NCBI GenBank assembly: GCA_947588905.1
Contig: CANQBB010000002.1
Coordinates: 170 to 64,169, forward strand
Length of the DNA stretch: 64,000 bases
Direction of reading: 5' to 3'
From: an uncultured Clostridia bacterium
GTDB taxonomy: Bacteria; Bacillota; Clostridia; TANB77; UBA1234
The translations under genes and the position numbers were made by a program. Shown piece by piece: positions 18,550-28,461 of this stretch. The notes under the pieces are model-generated. The model was not told where the DNA came from and did not search any database. It saw only the letters and a list, made by a program, of their open reading frames with translations. The first letter of the stretch is position 1. The number at the start of each line of letters is the position of its first letter.

Positions 18550-20025
18550 ATGGAGAATTACAATATATATCAAAATATTGCAACAAGAACAAATGGAGAT
18601 ATATACATAGGTGTTGTTGGTCCGGTTAGAACAGGTAAATCAACTTTTATAAAACATTTTATGGAATTAGCAGTTCTTCCCAATATAAAAGATGATGTTA
18701 AAAGACAGAGGGCTCAAGATGAATTACCTCAAAGCTCTAATGGAAGAACTATAATGACAACTGAACCAAAGTTTATTCCGAACGAAGCTATACAAATTAC
18801 TGTAGATAATGTTAAGTTTAATACAAGAATGATTGATTGTGTAGGATATTTAATCAATAATAGCATTGGACATATGGAAGGAGATGTACCGAGAATGGTA
18901 AGAACTCCTTGGTCTGATGAGGAAATTCCATTTGAAGAAGCAGCTGAAATTGGAACTAAAAAAGTTATTGATGAACATTCTACTATAGGAATTTTAGTAA
19001 CAACAGATGGAAGTGTAACTGGAATTGACAGAAGTGATTATTTAAATGCAGAAGATAGAGTTGTAAAAGAATTGAAAAAGCAAAATAAACCATTTATAAT
19101 TATTTTAAACACAATAAATCCAGATGATGAAAATGCTAAAAAGATGTGTATTGATTTAGAAAATACATATGATGCTCCTGTAGTTCCAATGAATTGTGAA
19201 CATTTAAGTAATGATAATATAAATGATATTTTAGAAAAAATTTTATATGAATTTCCAATCAATGAAATTGATATGAACTTTCCTAAATGGATTGATTCTT
19301 TGGATAATTCACATTGGCTAAAAAAGAATATTTTAGATATAATAAAAGACAATTTATCAGATATGAAAAATTTAAGACAAATAAAATTACTAATGAATAC
19401 ACTTGGTGATGGAAACATTATTAAAAAAATGGATGCCGATGAAATCTTTTTAAACAATGGAGTTGTTAATGTAAAAGTTGAAATTGATAAAAATTTATTT
19501 TATAAAGTATTAACGGAAATGTCTGGAATAGATGTAAAAGAAGAGGGGGACTTATTTAGTATTGTTACATCAATGGCTAAAAGTAAAAAAGCATATGACA
19601 AGATTGAGCAAGCATTAAATGAAGTAAAAAGAAAGGGCTATGGAATAGTTAATCCTGATATTGATGATTTAACTTTGGAAGAACCAGAAATAGTAAAACA
19701 AGGTTCAAAGTTTGGAGTTAAATTAAGAGCAAAGGCACCTAGTCTACATATAATAAGAGCTGAAATTGAAACTGAAATTTCTCCTATAGTAGGAAGTGAA
19801 AAGCAATCAGAAGAGTTGGTGAACTATTTACTAAAGGAATTTGAAGATGATCCAAAACAGATTTGGCAATCTAATATATTTGGAAAGTCATTACATGAAC
19901 TTGTAAATGAAGGACTTCAGAATAAGTTATATAAAATGCCAGAGGATGCTCAAATGAAATTCCAAGAGACATTAGAAAAAATTATTAACGAAGGTAGTGG
20001 TGGCTTAATTTGTATTATACTTTAA
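18550..20025 (+). CDS. spoIVA: stage IV sporulation protein A (spore coat morphogenetic ATPase)
   Basis: 491 aa. The N-terminus YIGVVGPVRTGKSTFIKHFMELAVLPNI carries the SpoIVA Walker A. Full-length similarity to SpoIVA. Confidence 0.93.
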   Translation: MENYNIYQNIATRTNGDIYIGVVGPVRTGKSTFIKHFMELAVLPNIKDDVKRQRAQDELPQSSNGRTIMTTEPKFIPNEAIQITVDNVKFNTRMIDCVGYLINNSIGHMEGDVPRMVRTPWSDEEIPFEEAAEIGTKKVIDEHSTIGILVTTDGSVTGIDRSDYLNAEDRVVKELKKQNKPFIIILNTINPDDENAKKMCIDLENTYDAPVVPMNCEHLSNDNINDILEKILYEFPINEIDMNFPKWIDSLDNSHWLKKNILDIIKDNLSDMKNLRQIKLLMNTLGDGNIIKKMDADEIFLNNGVVNVKVEIDKNLFYKVLTEMSGIDVKEEGDLFSIVTSMAKSKKAYDKIEQALNEVKRKGYGIVNPDIDDLTLEEPEIVKQGSKFGVKLRAKAPSLHIIRAEIETEISPIVGSEKQSEELVNYLLKEFEDDPKQIWQSNIFGKSLHELVNEGLQNKLYKMPEDAQMKFQETLEKIINEGSGGLICIIL

Positions 20026-20037
20026 AAAATATTAAAA

Positions 20038-20076
20038 AATGAGGTTGTAATATTTATTTTACGACCTCATTTTTAT
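20038..20076 (+). terminator. intrinsic terminator (AATGAGGTTGTAA ... TTACGACCTCATT + T-run)
   Basis: A 12-bp stem with one G-U pair, followed by a T-run. Confidence 0.6.
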
Positions 20077-20091
20077 ATAGCTTATGCATTA

Positions 20092-20328
20092 CTAATCTTG
20101 TTCAGTTTCATTAAACATATCATCATCAAAAAATTCTCTTATTGTTATACCTAAACCTTCACATATATGATGTAAAGTATGAAGCTTAGGTAAAAGAGTT
20201 GTTTCACTCATAAGAGCACATAATGTTGAGTTTGGAACACCAGAAGATTTATACAAATCCCATATACTCATGTTATTTTTTTCTAAATAATAATTGATTC
20301 TTATTCTTATTGCATCAGATAATAACGT
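20092..20328 (-). pseudogene. XRE-family HTH regulator paralogue lacking a start codon (ATG changed to ACG); probable pseudogene
   Basis: It translates to ...LLSDAIRIRINYYLEKNNMSIWDLYKSSGVPNSTLCALMSE...REFFDDDMFNETEQD, about 75 % identical to the 20476..20727 product. The position equivalent to ATG reads ACG, and a TAA stop sits 5 codons upstream in frame. The ribosome-binding site AAGGAGGGGG is retained. Confidence 0.5.
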
Positions 20329-20475
20329 AGTACCCCCTCCTTATACATACTTTCATCTCGTGAAAGAGTATAGCAATAAAATAAATTCAAATACTCTATT
20401 TAGCTGGAGTAAATGGATAAAAAAATATAATATTCATTAAAAATACTAAGAATATTATTTGTAAATTTTAAATAT

Positions 20476-20727
20476 TTAATCTTGTTCGGTTTCATCAAAC
20501 ATTGGGTCATTAAAAAATTCTCTAATAGATATATTAAAACCTTCTGATATATGATGAAGTGTATCTAATTTTGGAAGAGAAGTATTATTCATAAGAGCAC
20601 ATAAAGTAGATTTTGGAACACCAGAAGCTTTATATAATTTCCAAATAGTCATATTTTTCTTTTTGAGATAATAATTGATTCTTATTCTTATTGCATCAGA
20701 CAATAACATATTATTCCTCCTTTCCAT
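20476..20727 (-). CDS. XRE-family helix-turn-helix transcriptional regulator (83 aa)
   Basis: HTH_3-type motif (LSDAIRIRINYYLKKKNMTIWKLYKASGVPKSTLCALMNN). Ribosome-binding site GGAGGAATAATATG. Confidence 0.7.
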   Translation of the reverse strand: MERRNNMLLSDAIRIRINYYLKKKNMTIWKLYKASGVPKSTLCALMNNTSLPKLDTLHHISEGFNISIREFFNDPMFDETEQD

Positions 20728-20846
20728 GTACTTTCATCACATGAAAAGTATAGCAAGAAAAATAAATAATATAGTCTATCTGACTGGACTATGTCATTTA
20801 AAGATGATATAATATGGAAAATTACTATTTAAAGAAAGGAATTAAA

Positions 20847-21224
20847 ATGAAAATTACTGATGAAATTGAAGATTTAATATTAAAAATAAATATAGCTACA
20901 GATTTAAATATTCTTTTAATAGATAATAAACAAATTGTATATTTTATTGGTGAAACAGATCTTTGTGCAAAATATCTATATGAACATATTTCAAATGAAT
21001 TAAAAGATATACAAAAAGTTATAAAAGAAATTAAATTTTTTAAAGATTTAGATACTTTAAAAATAATTGCAAATGATAGAGCTAAATATAAATGTCAAGC
21101 TATTGGAAAATTAAAAAATGAAAATCAATATATCATGTTTTATAAATTAGATGATGATTTTACTGAAAAAGAAAAGAAGATAATAGAATCTACATATCTA
21201 TTATTGAATAAGTATGTAGATTAA
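20847..21224 (+). CDS. hypothetical protein (about 125 aa), divergent from the XRE regulator
   Basis: ORF with an internal ATG at 20847 preceded by AAAGGAATTAAA. No family recognised. Confidence 0.35.
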   Translation: MKITDEIEDLILKINIATDLNILLIDNKQIVYFIGETDLCAKYLYEHISNELKDIQKVIKEIKFFKDLDTLKIIANDRAKYKCQAIGKLKNENQYIMFYKLDDDFTEKEKKIIESTYLLLNKYVD

Positions 21225-21317
21225 AAATTCAAATAAAAATTATTTTATATTCACTTCTAATTCACAATTGAAAAGTAAAATATTTATATATTTAATAATA
21301 AGGAGGATATATAAATA

Positions 21318-22880
21318 ATGTTAAGGAAGACATTTTATGTATTGACAATTATAATGGTTTTATTACTTTGTAATATAACTTTTGCTGTCGATATAAAATT
21401 GAATGATGATGATATAGAAGTTAATTCTGTAAAATTATCAGGTGAAAATATTGAAGGTGTGTTTCTATCTAAAAATATGAATAATGGTGGGAGCGATGAT
21501 GAAGCATTAAAATCAAATATTGAAGTGAATAATGTTATAACAATTAGTAAGGCAGGAGAATACATATTTACTGGTAATTTATCTGATGGACAGATTGCTA
21601 TTGATGCTAATCAAATAGTTGGAGATGTTAAAATAATTTTAGATAATGCGAATATAGAGTGTAAAAATGCTCCAGCAATATTTGTATATTGCAAAGATAT
21701 TAACAATGATAAGTGTAATGTAATTATTTCACCTAAAGAAGGAACTGAAAATGAAATAAAGGGTGGAAAAATAAAAGTAGATGCAATGAATTTTAAAAAT
21801 CAAGATGAAATATTATATTATATAGAAAAGGATACAGATGAAACTGGAGAATATTATGAGAAATATAAATATGATGGTGCAATAAGTTCAGATATTTCTA
21901 TAACATTTGACGGAAAAGGAAAGTTAAAAATAATATCAACCGCAAAAGAAGGCATTGAATCTAAAATGAATATTACAATTAATGATGGAGAATATGTAAT
22001 AAATTCTTTAGATGATGCTATCAATGCTGCAGCAGATAAAAAGAGTGTTATAACAATAAATGGTGGTAAAGTAGTTGCATATTTATTACATGAAGCAGAA
22101 GAAGGAGATGGTATTGATTCAAATGGATACATCTATATAAATGGAGGAACAGTATATTGTTTTTCATGTCCGGGAGCAGACAATGGATTAGACTCTGAAT
22201 TAGGGACTTATATAAATGGTGGAGAAGTTTTTTCAATTGGAAGTATGAATGATAATTTTATTATTTCTAATTCTATAAATTCAGTTAGAGCAACATTTAG
22301 ACCAGAAATAAATACTGATGAATATATTTGTGTGGCAGATGAAAATGAAAATATAGTTTTCGGAATTAAAGCAGATAGAAAGATAGGTAATTTTTTCTAT
22401 ACATCTGAAAAATTAGAAAAAGGAAAAAGTTATAATGTTTATACGAATATTACTTTGAATGGTGAAACAAATGAATATAATATGTATAATAGTTATATTT
22501 CAGGAGATTTTTCTAATGCTGTAAAAAATGAATTCACTGATATAAGACCAAATTTTATAGGAGAATTCAATGAAGAAAAAAACATTTTTATTCCAATTAT
22601 AGCTTTAATATTTGCAAGTGTTTTATTTATAATTATGCTTATTGTTGATATGAGAGATGATAAGACATCGGCCAAATTGAAGGTTGTTAATTTAGTTATG
22701 GGAATAATTATAGGATGCTTATTAGTTATAGGAATATATATGCTTAATCCAGTTAATAGTAGAACGGTTAATAGAATAAATGTTAAGTATGAAAATAATA
22801 TTAAAAGACCAGATGAATTTAATAGAAATGAAAATATGAATAGGCCTCAAGAATCAATACCTAATAATGATGTTATATAA
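21318..22880 (+). CDS. secreted, C-terminally membrane-anchored protein (520 aa)
   Basis: N-terminal signal peptide (MLRKTFYVLTIIMVLLLCNITFA), a Gly/Asn-rich beta-type central region, two C-terminal transmembrane helices and a charged tail. Ribosome-binding site AGGAGGATATATAAATAATG. Confidence 0.6.
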   Translation: MLRKTFYVLTIIMVLLLCNITFAVDIKLNDDDIEVNSVKLSGENIEGVFLSKNMNNGGSDDEALKSNIEVNNVITISKAGEYIFTGNLSDGQIAIDANQIVGDVKIILDNANIECKNAPAIFVYCKDINNDKCNVIISPKEGTENEIKGGKIKVDAMNFKNQDEILYYIEKDTDETGEYYEKYKYDGAISSDISITFDGKGKLKIISTAKEGIESKMNITINDGEYVINSLDDAINAAADKKSVITINGGKVVAYLLHEAEEGDGIDSNGYIYINGGTVYCFSCPGADNGLDSELGTYINGGEVFSIGSMNDNFIISNSINSVRATFRPEINTDEYICVADENENIVFGIKADRKIGNFFYTSEKLEKGKSYNVYTNITLNGETNEYNMYNSYISGDFSNAVKNEFTDIRPNFIGEFNEEKNIFIPIIALIFASVLFIIMLIVDMRDDKTSAKLKVVNLVMGIIIGCLLVIGIYMLNPVNSRTVNRINVKYENNIKRPDEFNRNENMNRPQESIPNNDVI

Positions 22881-22892
22881 ATAAAAGTTTCA

Positions 22893-22928
22893 AAAATGGC
22901 TGTAAAAATTTTTTACAGCCATTTTATA
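22893..22928. terminator. bidirectional intrinsic terminator (AAAATGGCTGTAAAA ... TTTTACAGCCATTTT)
   Basis: A perfect 15-bp stem between convergent genes. Confidence 0.65.
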
Positions 22929-23019
22929 TTGCTTATATAATAGGAAAGTTACCGACAATTTTTGATTGTAACTTGCGAGTAGCAAGCGTAACAAACAAAA
23001 ATTTTACTTAAATTTTTGC

Positions 23020-24636
23020 TTATTTTATATCTATGCAATAAATTCTTTTTCCTCTTGTACCAATAACAATGTGATTATTGTATATTGCAGGGGAACCTTC
23101 AAAGTTTCCACCACCAGTTTGTAAAGTATATAAAGTATCTCCAGTTTTGCCATCAATTAGATGAACCTGACCATTTGAGTCACAAAAAATAATATATGCT
23201 TTGCCTTCTGGTGTATATGTAGCAACTGGCGAACTCCAAGAGTAATAGTTTAAATCTTTTTCCCACACAACATTTCCATTTGATTTATCAAGAGCAACCA
23301 TTTTACCTGTTCTAAGTGTTGTTGTTTTTGAAAAATTATATATTACTAAATTTGAAATTTCATTCTTACCTATAATAGGAGAAGATAAAAGACCACCATT
23401 TACATTAGCATCATATTGGCAAACACAAGAATATTCCCACAATACTTCTCCCGTGCGCCCATCAATTTTTTTTGCATAAGCAGGAGATGCTTGATATCTT
23501 TTATCAACTTCACAACCTGCATATAGCATTATTGAATTATTTTCTTCTTCTAAACCTATTGTTGCATCACAATCATCTTCCATATCGTATGTCCATATAG
23601 GTGTTAAAGTATTTAAATCTAAGCATTGCATTATGCCATTGTTATTTGTAAAAAATGCATAGTTTTTATAAACTGTAATTGCATTTTCAATTCCATTTGC
23701 ATATCCATATTTTGAAAATCTATATCTAGTTATATCTGGTGCGATTGAAATAGTACCAGATAATTTATCATAAACTGTATTTAATTTTACAATATATACA
23801 AGTCCGTTTTCTCCAGGTAATATTAACAAGTCATTTTCTTTATCTATTACAGGATTACCATCAAATGCACCCCATCCTGAATAAGCAAACTTATCTCTTC
23901 CATTTATGAATAATAATTCTTTACCATCAATTAAGCTAAATATATGATAACCAAATCTAACAGATTCTCCACTTACAGCATTTATTCCTTGACCAACATA
24001 TAACAAAGGATATCCTCTTGGATCAACAGTAACACTACCTTTAATAGAACTTTCAACATGAATTGTTGGTCTAGTTTCTTTTCCGGTTTCTAAATCATAA
24101 AAATGAACAGTACTATCTAGCGCACCATAGATAACTTCTATGAAATCATCTTTTTGTTTAAACTCATCATATAAATTCATTTGTTTTCTTACTGTGGAAT
24201 CCCATTTTATTATTGCAGGTTGACCATTCCAACCAACACCAGTCCATGAATCTGTTTGCCCAACTATATTTGTCCACATTTTTTCTAACTTATTTTCATT
24301 AACATTTACTGTACCAAAAGAGGCACTATCTCTGTAATTATTACCTCTAAATGTTGTTATTCCTTCAACTAAATTATATTTTGAAGATGAAAGAAAATTT
24401 ATATCTTGTGTATATTCGCTATCATTAGTAGTTTTAATTTGATATTTAAAATTTCTTAATTTTTCTGAAATTTGACTAAACTCTACAAATTCAGAAGAAT
24501 CTTGAGAATTAGTTTCCACTTCATCACCTGACAATAATTTTTCAATTTCAGAAGAATAATCAAATTTATCTACATAATTAGAGAATAATAATGTTGATAC
24601 AATAAGAAATATTATAAAAGCATATTCTATTTTCAT
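23020..24636 (-). CDS. secreted PQQ-like beta-propeller repeat protein (538 aa)
   Basis: N-terminal signal/transmembrane segment, then repeated W/Y-G-containing beta-propeller blades (...VVWEKDLNYYSWSSPVA..., ...VLWEYSCV...). Family call is from general resemblance. Confidence 0.6.
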   Translation of the reverse strand: MKIEYAFIIFLIVSTLLFSNYVDKFDYSSEIEKLLSGDEVETNSQDSSEFVEFSQISEKLRNFKYQIKTTNDSEYTQDINFLSSSKYNLVEGITTFRGNNYRDSASFGTVNVNENKLEKMWTNIVGQTDSWTGVGWNGQPAIIKWDSTVRKQMNLYDEFKQKDDFIEVIYGALDSTVHFYDLETGKETRPTIHVESSIKGSVTVDPRGYPLLYVGQGINAVSGESVRFGYHIFSLIDGKELLFINGRDKFAYSGWGAFDGNPVIDKENDLLILPGENGLVYIVKLNTVYDKLSGTISIAPDITRYRFSKYGYANGIENAITVYKNYAFFTNNNGIMQCLDLNTLTPIWTYDMEDDCDATIGLEEENNSIMLYAGCEVDKRYQASPAYAKKIDGRTGEVLWEYSCVCQYDANVNGGLLSSPIIGKNEISNLVIYNFSKTTTLRTGKMVALDKSNGNVVWEKDLNYYSWSSPVATYTPEGKAYIIFCDSNGQVHLIDGKTGDTLYTLQTGGGNFEGSPAIYNNHIVIGTRGKRIYCIDIK

Positions 24637-24789
24637 AACATTACCCTTTCTAATTTTTACTAATATATAATACTATTTACAAAAAAATATTGCAATATTT
24701 GACAATAAATTTCTTATAATAGTTACTTTTATAAAATAATTTGATATAATACATTTATTAGACAAATAATATATTAAGGAGGAAAATTT

Positions 24790-25032
24790 ATGGAATATAC
24801 TTATAAAACTAAAGGAACTTGTTCTACTTTAATTGAATTTGAAATAGTAGATGGACTAGTAAGAAATGTTAGATTTACAGGAGGATGTAATGGTAATCTT
24901 AAAGCTATTTCAGCTTTGGTAGAGGGACAACCTAAGGAAAAAGTTATTGAAATATTAAAAGGTATTAAATGTGGATTTAAAGACACCTCATGTGGAGATC
25001 AATTAGCTAGAGCTTTAGAAGAAGCTAAATAG
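24790..25032 (+). CDS. TIGR03905-type TSCPD-domain small protein (80 aa)
   Basis: Conserved [11 protein letters not shown]...GGCNGNL...[16 protein letters not shown] pattern of the 4-Cys TSCPD small proteins. Ribosome-binding site AGGAGG. Confidence 0.6.
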   Translation: MEYTYKTKGTCSTLIEFEIVDGLVRNVRFTGGCNGNLKAISALVEGQPKEKVIEILKGIKCGFKDTSCGDQLARALEEAK

Positions 25033-25043
25033 GGGGTAATACT

Positions 25044-25877
25044 ATGCTAAGAATTGGATGCCATTTGTCTGCTTCTAAAGGCTATACTAATATGATAAAG
25101 GAAGCCATAAATATAGGAGGAAATACATTTCAGTTTTTTACAAGAAATCCTCGTGGTGGAAAGGCAAAAGACGTTGATGTTGAAGATGTAAAGAAATTTC
25201 TAGAATTAAGTAAAGAAAATAATTTTACAGTTATATTGGCTCATGCACCATACACAATAAATGTTTGCTCTGCGGATGAAGGTATAAGAAAATTTGGAAT
25301 AGATACAATGAAAGATGACTTAGAAAAATTAGAATTTGTTCCTGGAAATATGTATAATTTTCATCCTGGAAGTCATGTCGGACAAGGAGTAGATAGAGGA
25401 ATAGAACTAATTATAGAAGCTTTAAATCAAGTTTTAGATGAAAAGCAGTCTACTACTGTTTTACTTGAAACTATGGCTGGAAAAGGAAGCGAAATTGGTA
25501 GAACTTTTGAAGAAATAAAAATGATAATAGATGGAGTAAAATTAAAAAACAAATTAGGAGTTTGCATGGATACATGTCATGTGTATGATGCAGGCTATGA
25601 TATTGTAAATGATTTAGATGGAGTGCTAGAAAAATTTGATAATATTATTGGCTTAGACAAATTAAAAGCTATGCATTTAAATGATAGTAAAAATCCTTTT
25701 GAAAGTCATAAAGATAGACATGAGAAAATTGGAGAAGGTAGCATAGGAGTATCTACTTTTGAAAAAATTATCAATCATCCATCACTTAAAAAATTACCAT
25801 TTTATTTGGAAACTCCAAATGAACTTGATGGATATGAAAAAGAAATAAAACTTTTAAAATCACTTTATAAAGAATAA
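25044..25877 (+). CDS. nfo: deoxyribonuclease IV (endonuclease IV, AP endonuclease)
   Basis: 277 aa. MLRIGCHLS...[11 protein letters not shown]...HAPYTINV...HLNDSK are hallmark Nfo/xylose-isomerase-like TIM-barrel motifs. Confidence 0.9.
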   Translation: MLRIGCHLSASKGYTNMIKEAINIGGNTFQFFTRNPRGGKAKDVDVEDVKKFLELSKENNFTVILAHAPYTINVCSADEGIRKFGIDTMKDDLEKLEFVPGNMYNFHPGSHVGQGVDRGIELIIEALNQVLDEKQSTTVLLETMAGKGSEIGRTFEEIKMIIDGVKLKNKLGVCMDTCHVYDAGYDIVNDLDGVLEKFDNIIGLDKLKAMHLNDSKNPFESHKDRHEKIGEGSIGVSTFEKIINHPSLKKLPFYLETPNELDGYEKEIKLLKSLYKE

Positions 25878-25928
25878 ATAGTTAAGCAAACAAATTAAAC
25901 ACTTTAAACACTGAAAGGAAAATTTGAA

Positions 25929-27209
25929 ATGAATTATATAAATGTAATTGGCGGAGGTTTAGCTGGTTCAGAGGCTGCTTATCAAATTGCTAAAAGAGGA
26001 ATAAAAGTTAAACTTTATGAAATGAAACCAGTTAAATTTTCACCAGCACATTCAAATGAAGACTTGGCAGAAATTGTATGCAGTAATTCTTTTAAATCTA
26101 ATAGTATTACAAATGCATGTGGATTATTAAAAGAAGAACTTAGAAGATTGGATTCTCTACTAATTAAATGTGCAGATATGACAAAAGTTCCAGCGGGACA
26201 AGCTTTAGCTGTAGATAGAGAAAAGTTTTCTAAACTTGTCACAAAATATATAGAAGAAAATGAAAATATAGAAATCATAAAAGAAGAAGTTACTGAAATA
26301 CCATCTGGTATAACAATTATTGCAACTGGACCTTTAACTTCTGAAAAATTATCATTAAAAATACAAGAGTTAATGGGTACTGAAAAATTATTTTTTTATG
26401 ATGCTGCAGCACCAATTGTTACTAAAGAATCAATAGATATGAATAATGCTTTTACTGCAGACAGATATGGAAAAGGCGATAGCGATTATATAAATTGCCC
26501 AATGACTAAAGAAGAATATGAAATCTTTTATAATGAACTAATAAATGCAGAAGTTGTGGAAAAGCATAGTTTTGAAAATGGAGGACTATTTGAAGGATGT
26601 ATGCCTATTGAAGAAATGGCAAGACGAGGAGAAAAAACACTTACTTATGGACCTTTAAAACCAGTTGGTTTTGACAAAAAATATTATGCTGTAGTTCAGT
26701 TAAGGCAAGATAATATTGAAGGCACATTATATAATATGGTAGGTTTTCAAACAAATTTAAAATTTGGAGAACAAAAAAGAGTATTTAGTCTAATACCTGC
26801 TTTAAAAAATGCAGAATTTGTTAAATATGGTGTTATGCATAGAAACACATATATAAACTCAACTAAATTATTAGATGAAACATATAATTTAAAAAGTAAT
26901 ACTAATATTTATTTTGCTGGACAAATTTCTTGAGTAGAGGGATATGTTGAATCTATTGCATCTGGATTGGTTGCGGGTTTAAACAGTGTTAATAAATTGT
27001 TAGGAAAAGATAAAATAATATTTAGTGAAGAAACAATTATAGGAGCTTTAGCAAAATATATTTCTACAGAAAATAAAAATTTTCAACCTATGAATGCTAA
27101 TTTTGGAATATTAAATATTGAAGAAAAATTTAAAGACAAAAAGAAAAAATATGAAGTTCTAGCAGAAAGAAGTTTAAAACATTTTGAAAATAGGAGTGAA
27201 GAAAATTGA
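25929..27209 (+). pseudogene. trmFO: methylenetetrahydrofolate--tRNA-(uracil54-C5)-methyltransferase TrmFO, interrupted by an in-frame TGA at 26931-26933
   Basis: The ORF tracks 25929..26933 (334 aa, [24 protein letters not shown]...) and 26967..27209 lie in the same frame. Translation reads ...[31 protein letters not shown], where intact TrmFO has G/T-G at the stop position. A single GGA-to-TGA change explains it. Confidence 0.8.
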
Positions 27210-28447
27210 AAAAAATAATTTGTTTATTTGTTATACTTTTATCATTAACATCTTCTGCTTATGCGGCAGATGTTAATGTACAAATCAATGGTAAAATAAT
27301 AGATTTTACAGATAGTCAAGGAAATAAAGTTAATGCACAAATTATAAATGAAAGAACAATGGTTCCATTTAGAAAAATATTTAATGAATTAGGAGTTGTT
27401 GACGAAAACATTACTTATACTTCTAGCGAAGAACCAATAACTGCTAAAAAAGATAATGTTGAAATAATAATTCAAATTGGTAGCACAACTGCAAAAAAAA
27501 TTGAAAATGGTGTAGAAAAAACAATTACTCTTGATTCGGCACCAGTTATTATTGAAGGAAGAACTTTGGTACCACTTAGATTTATTGCTGAAAGCCTTGG
27601 TAATACAGTTGGCTGGGATTCGGCAAATGCAACAGCAGTAATTATTGATTATAATTATTTCATAAATAATTTAAAAAATAAATCTGTAAGCTTATATAAT
27701 TTCTTAACAAAAGATGCAGCAGAGACTAATTTTTCAATCACAAGAAATTATTTTGATGATGAAGATTCAACTAAAAATGATTCTGCAATAGTTAGTGGCC
27801 AAATTATAGAAAGTAGATCTGGAAATAATGTAACTCAAAATGTTACGATGAATTTTGATGGAACAAATGAAGTTATAAAGGAAATTATTTCTGAAGGCTG
27901 GGCTAATATACAGTTTGAAAATACATATACAGAAAAATCAATTGTTTCAAAAGCTTTAAATGATGGATTAAAGAAAATATATGGTATTGAGCAACTTACA
28001 TTTGATTATAGTGAATTAGAATGTAGTGGTAGCTATGATGCATCTTTATATGAACTATTTAAAACACTTTGTAATGTTGAAGAAAGCTCTATAAACATTT
28101 CAACTTTTGACACATTAAACAATGAGTTTAATAATTTATTAAAATTATTTAATGGAACTGATACAAAATTATATACAGGAAATAAAAATAGCAATGATAT
28201 AGAATTAAATTATTTTGATTTTACTAAGTTTGATAATATCATATGGGATGATTCAGTTAGTAGAGTATACTCTTTTATAAATAGTCAAATTTTTAAATAT
28301 GATATAACACTTGAAGAATTAAGTTATGATTATCCGACAATCAATATTGAAATAAATTTAAATAATTCTGAATTAAATATTGATTTAAAACTATCAAACG
28401 AATATAATGAAAGAATAGAGTACATAGTAAAAATAAATAAAATTTAA
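27206..28447 (+). CDS. secreted protein with copper-amine-oxidase N-terminal-like (stalk) domain (413 aa)
   Basis: Signal peptide, then a segment ([32 protein letters not shown]...[27 protein letters not shown]) typical of the Cu_amine_oxidN1 domain. Start overlaps the trmFO stop (ATGA). Confidence 0.6.
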   Translation: MKKIICLFVILLSLTSSAYAADVNVQINGKIIDFTDSQGNKVNAQIINERTMVPFRKIFNELGVVDENITYTSSEEPITAKKDNVEIIIQIGSTTAKKIENGVEKTITLDSAPVIIEGRTLVPLRFIAESLGNTVGWDSANATAVIIDYNYFINNLKNKSVSLYNFLTKDAAETNFSITRNYFDDEDSTKNDSAIVSGQIIESRSGNNVTQNVTMNFDGTNEVIKEIISEGWANIQFENTYTEKSIVSKALNDGLKKIYGIEQLTFDYSELECSGSYDASLYELFKTLCNVEESSINISTFDTLNNEFNNLLKLFNGTDTKLYTGNKNSNDIELNYFDFTKFDNIIWDDSVSRVYSFINSQIFKYDITLEELSYDYPTINIEINLNNSELNIDLKLSNEYNERIEYIVKINKI

Positions 28448-28461
28448 GAGGAGAGTGTAGT

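Noticed and set aside
26931-26933. Selenocysteine or programmed read-through at the trmFO TGA
   Set aside because: The position corresponds to a conserved Gly in an FAD-binding segment, not a redox Cys/Sec site. No SECIS-like hairpin follows immediately. A point mutation or sequencing error is far more likely.
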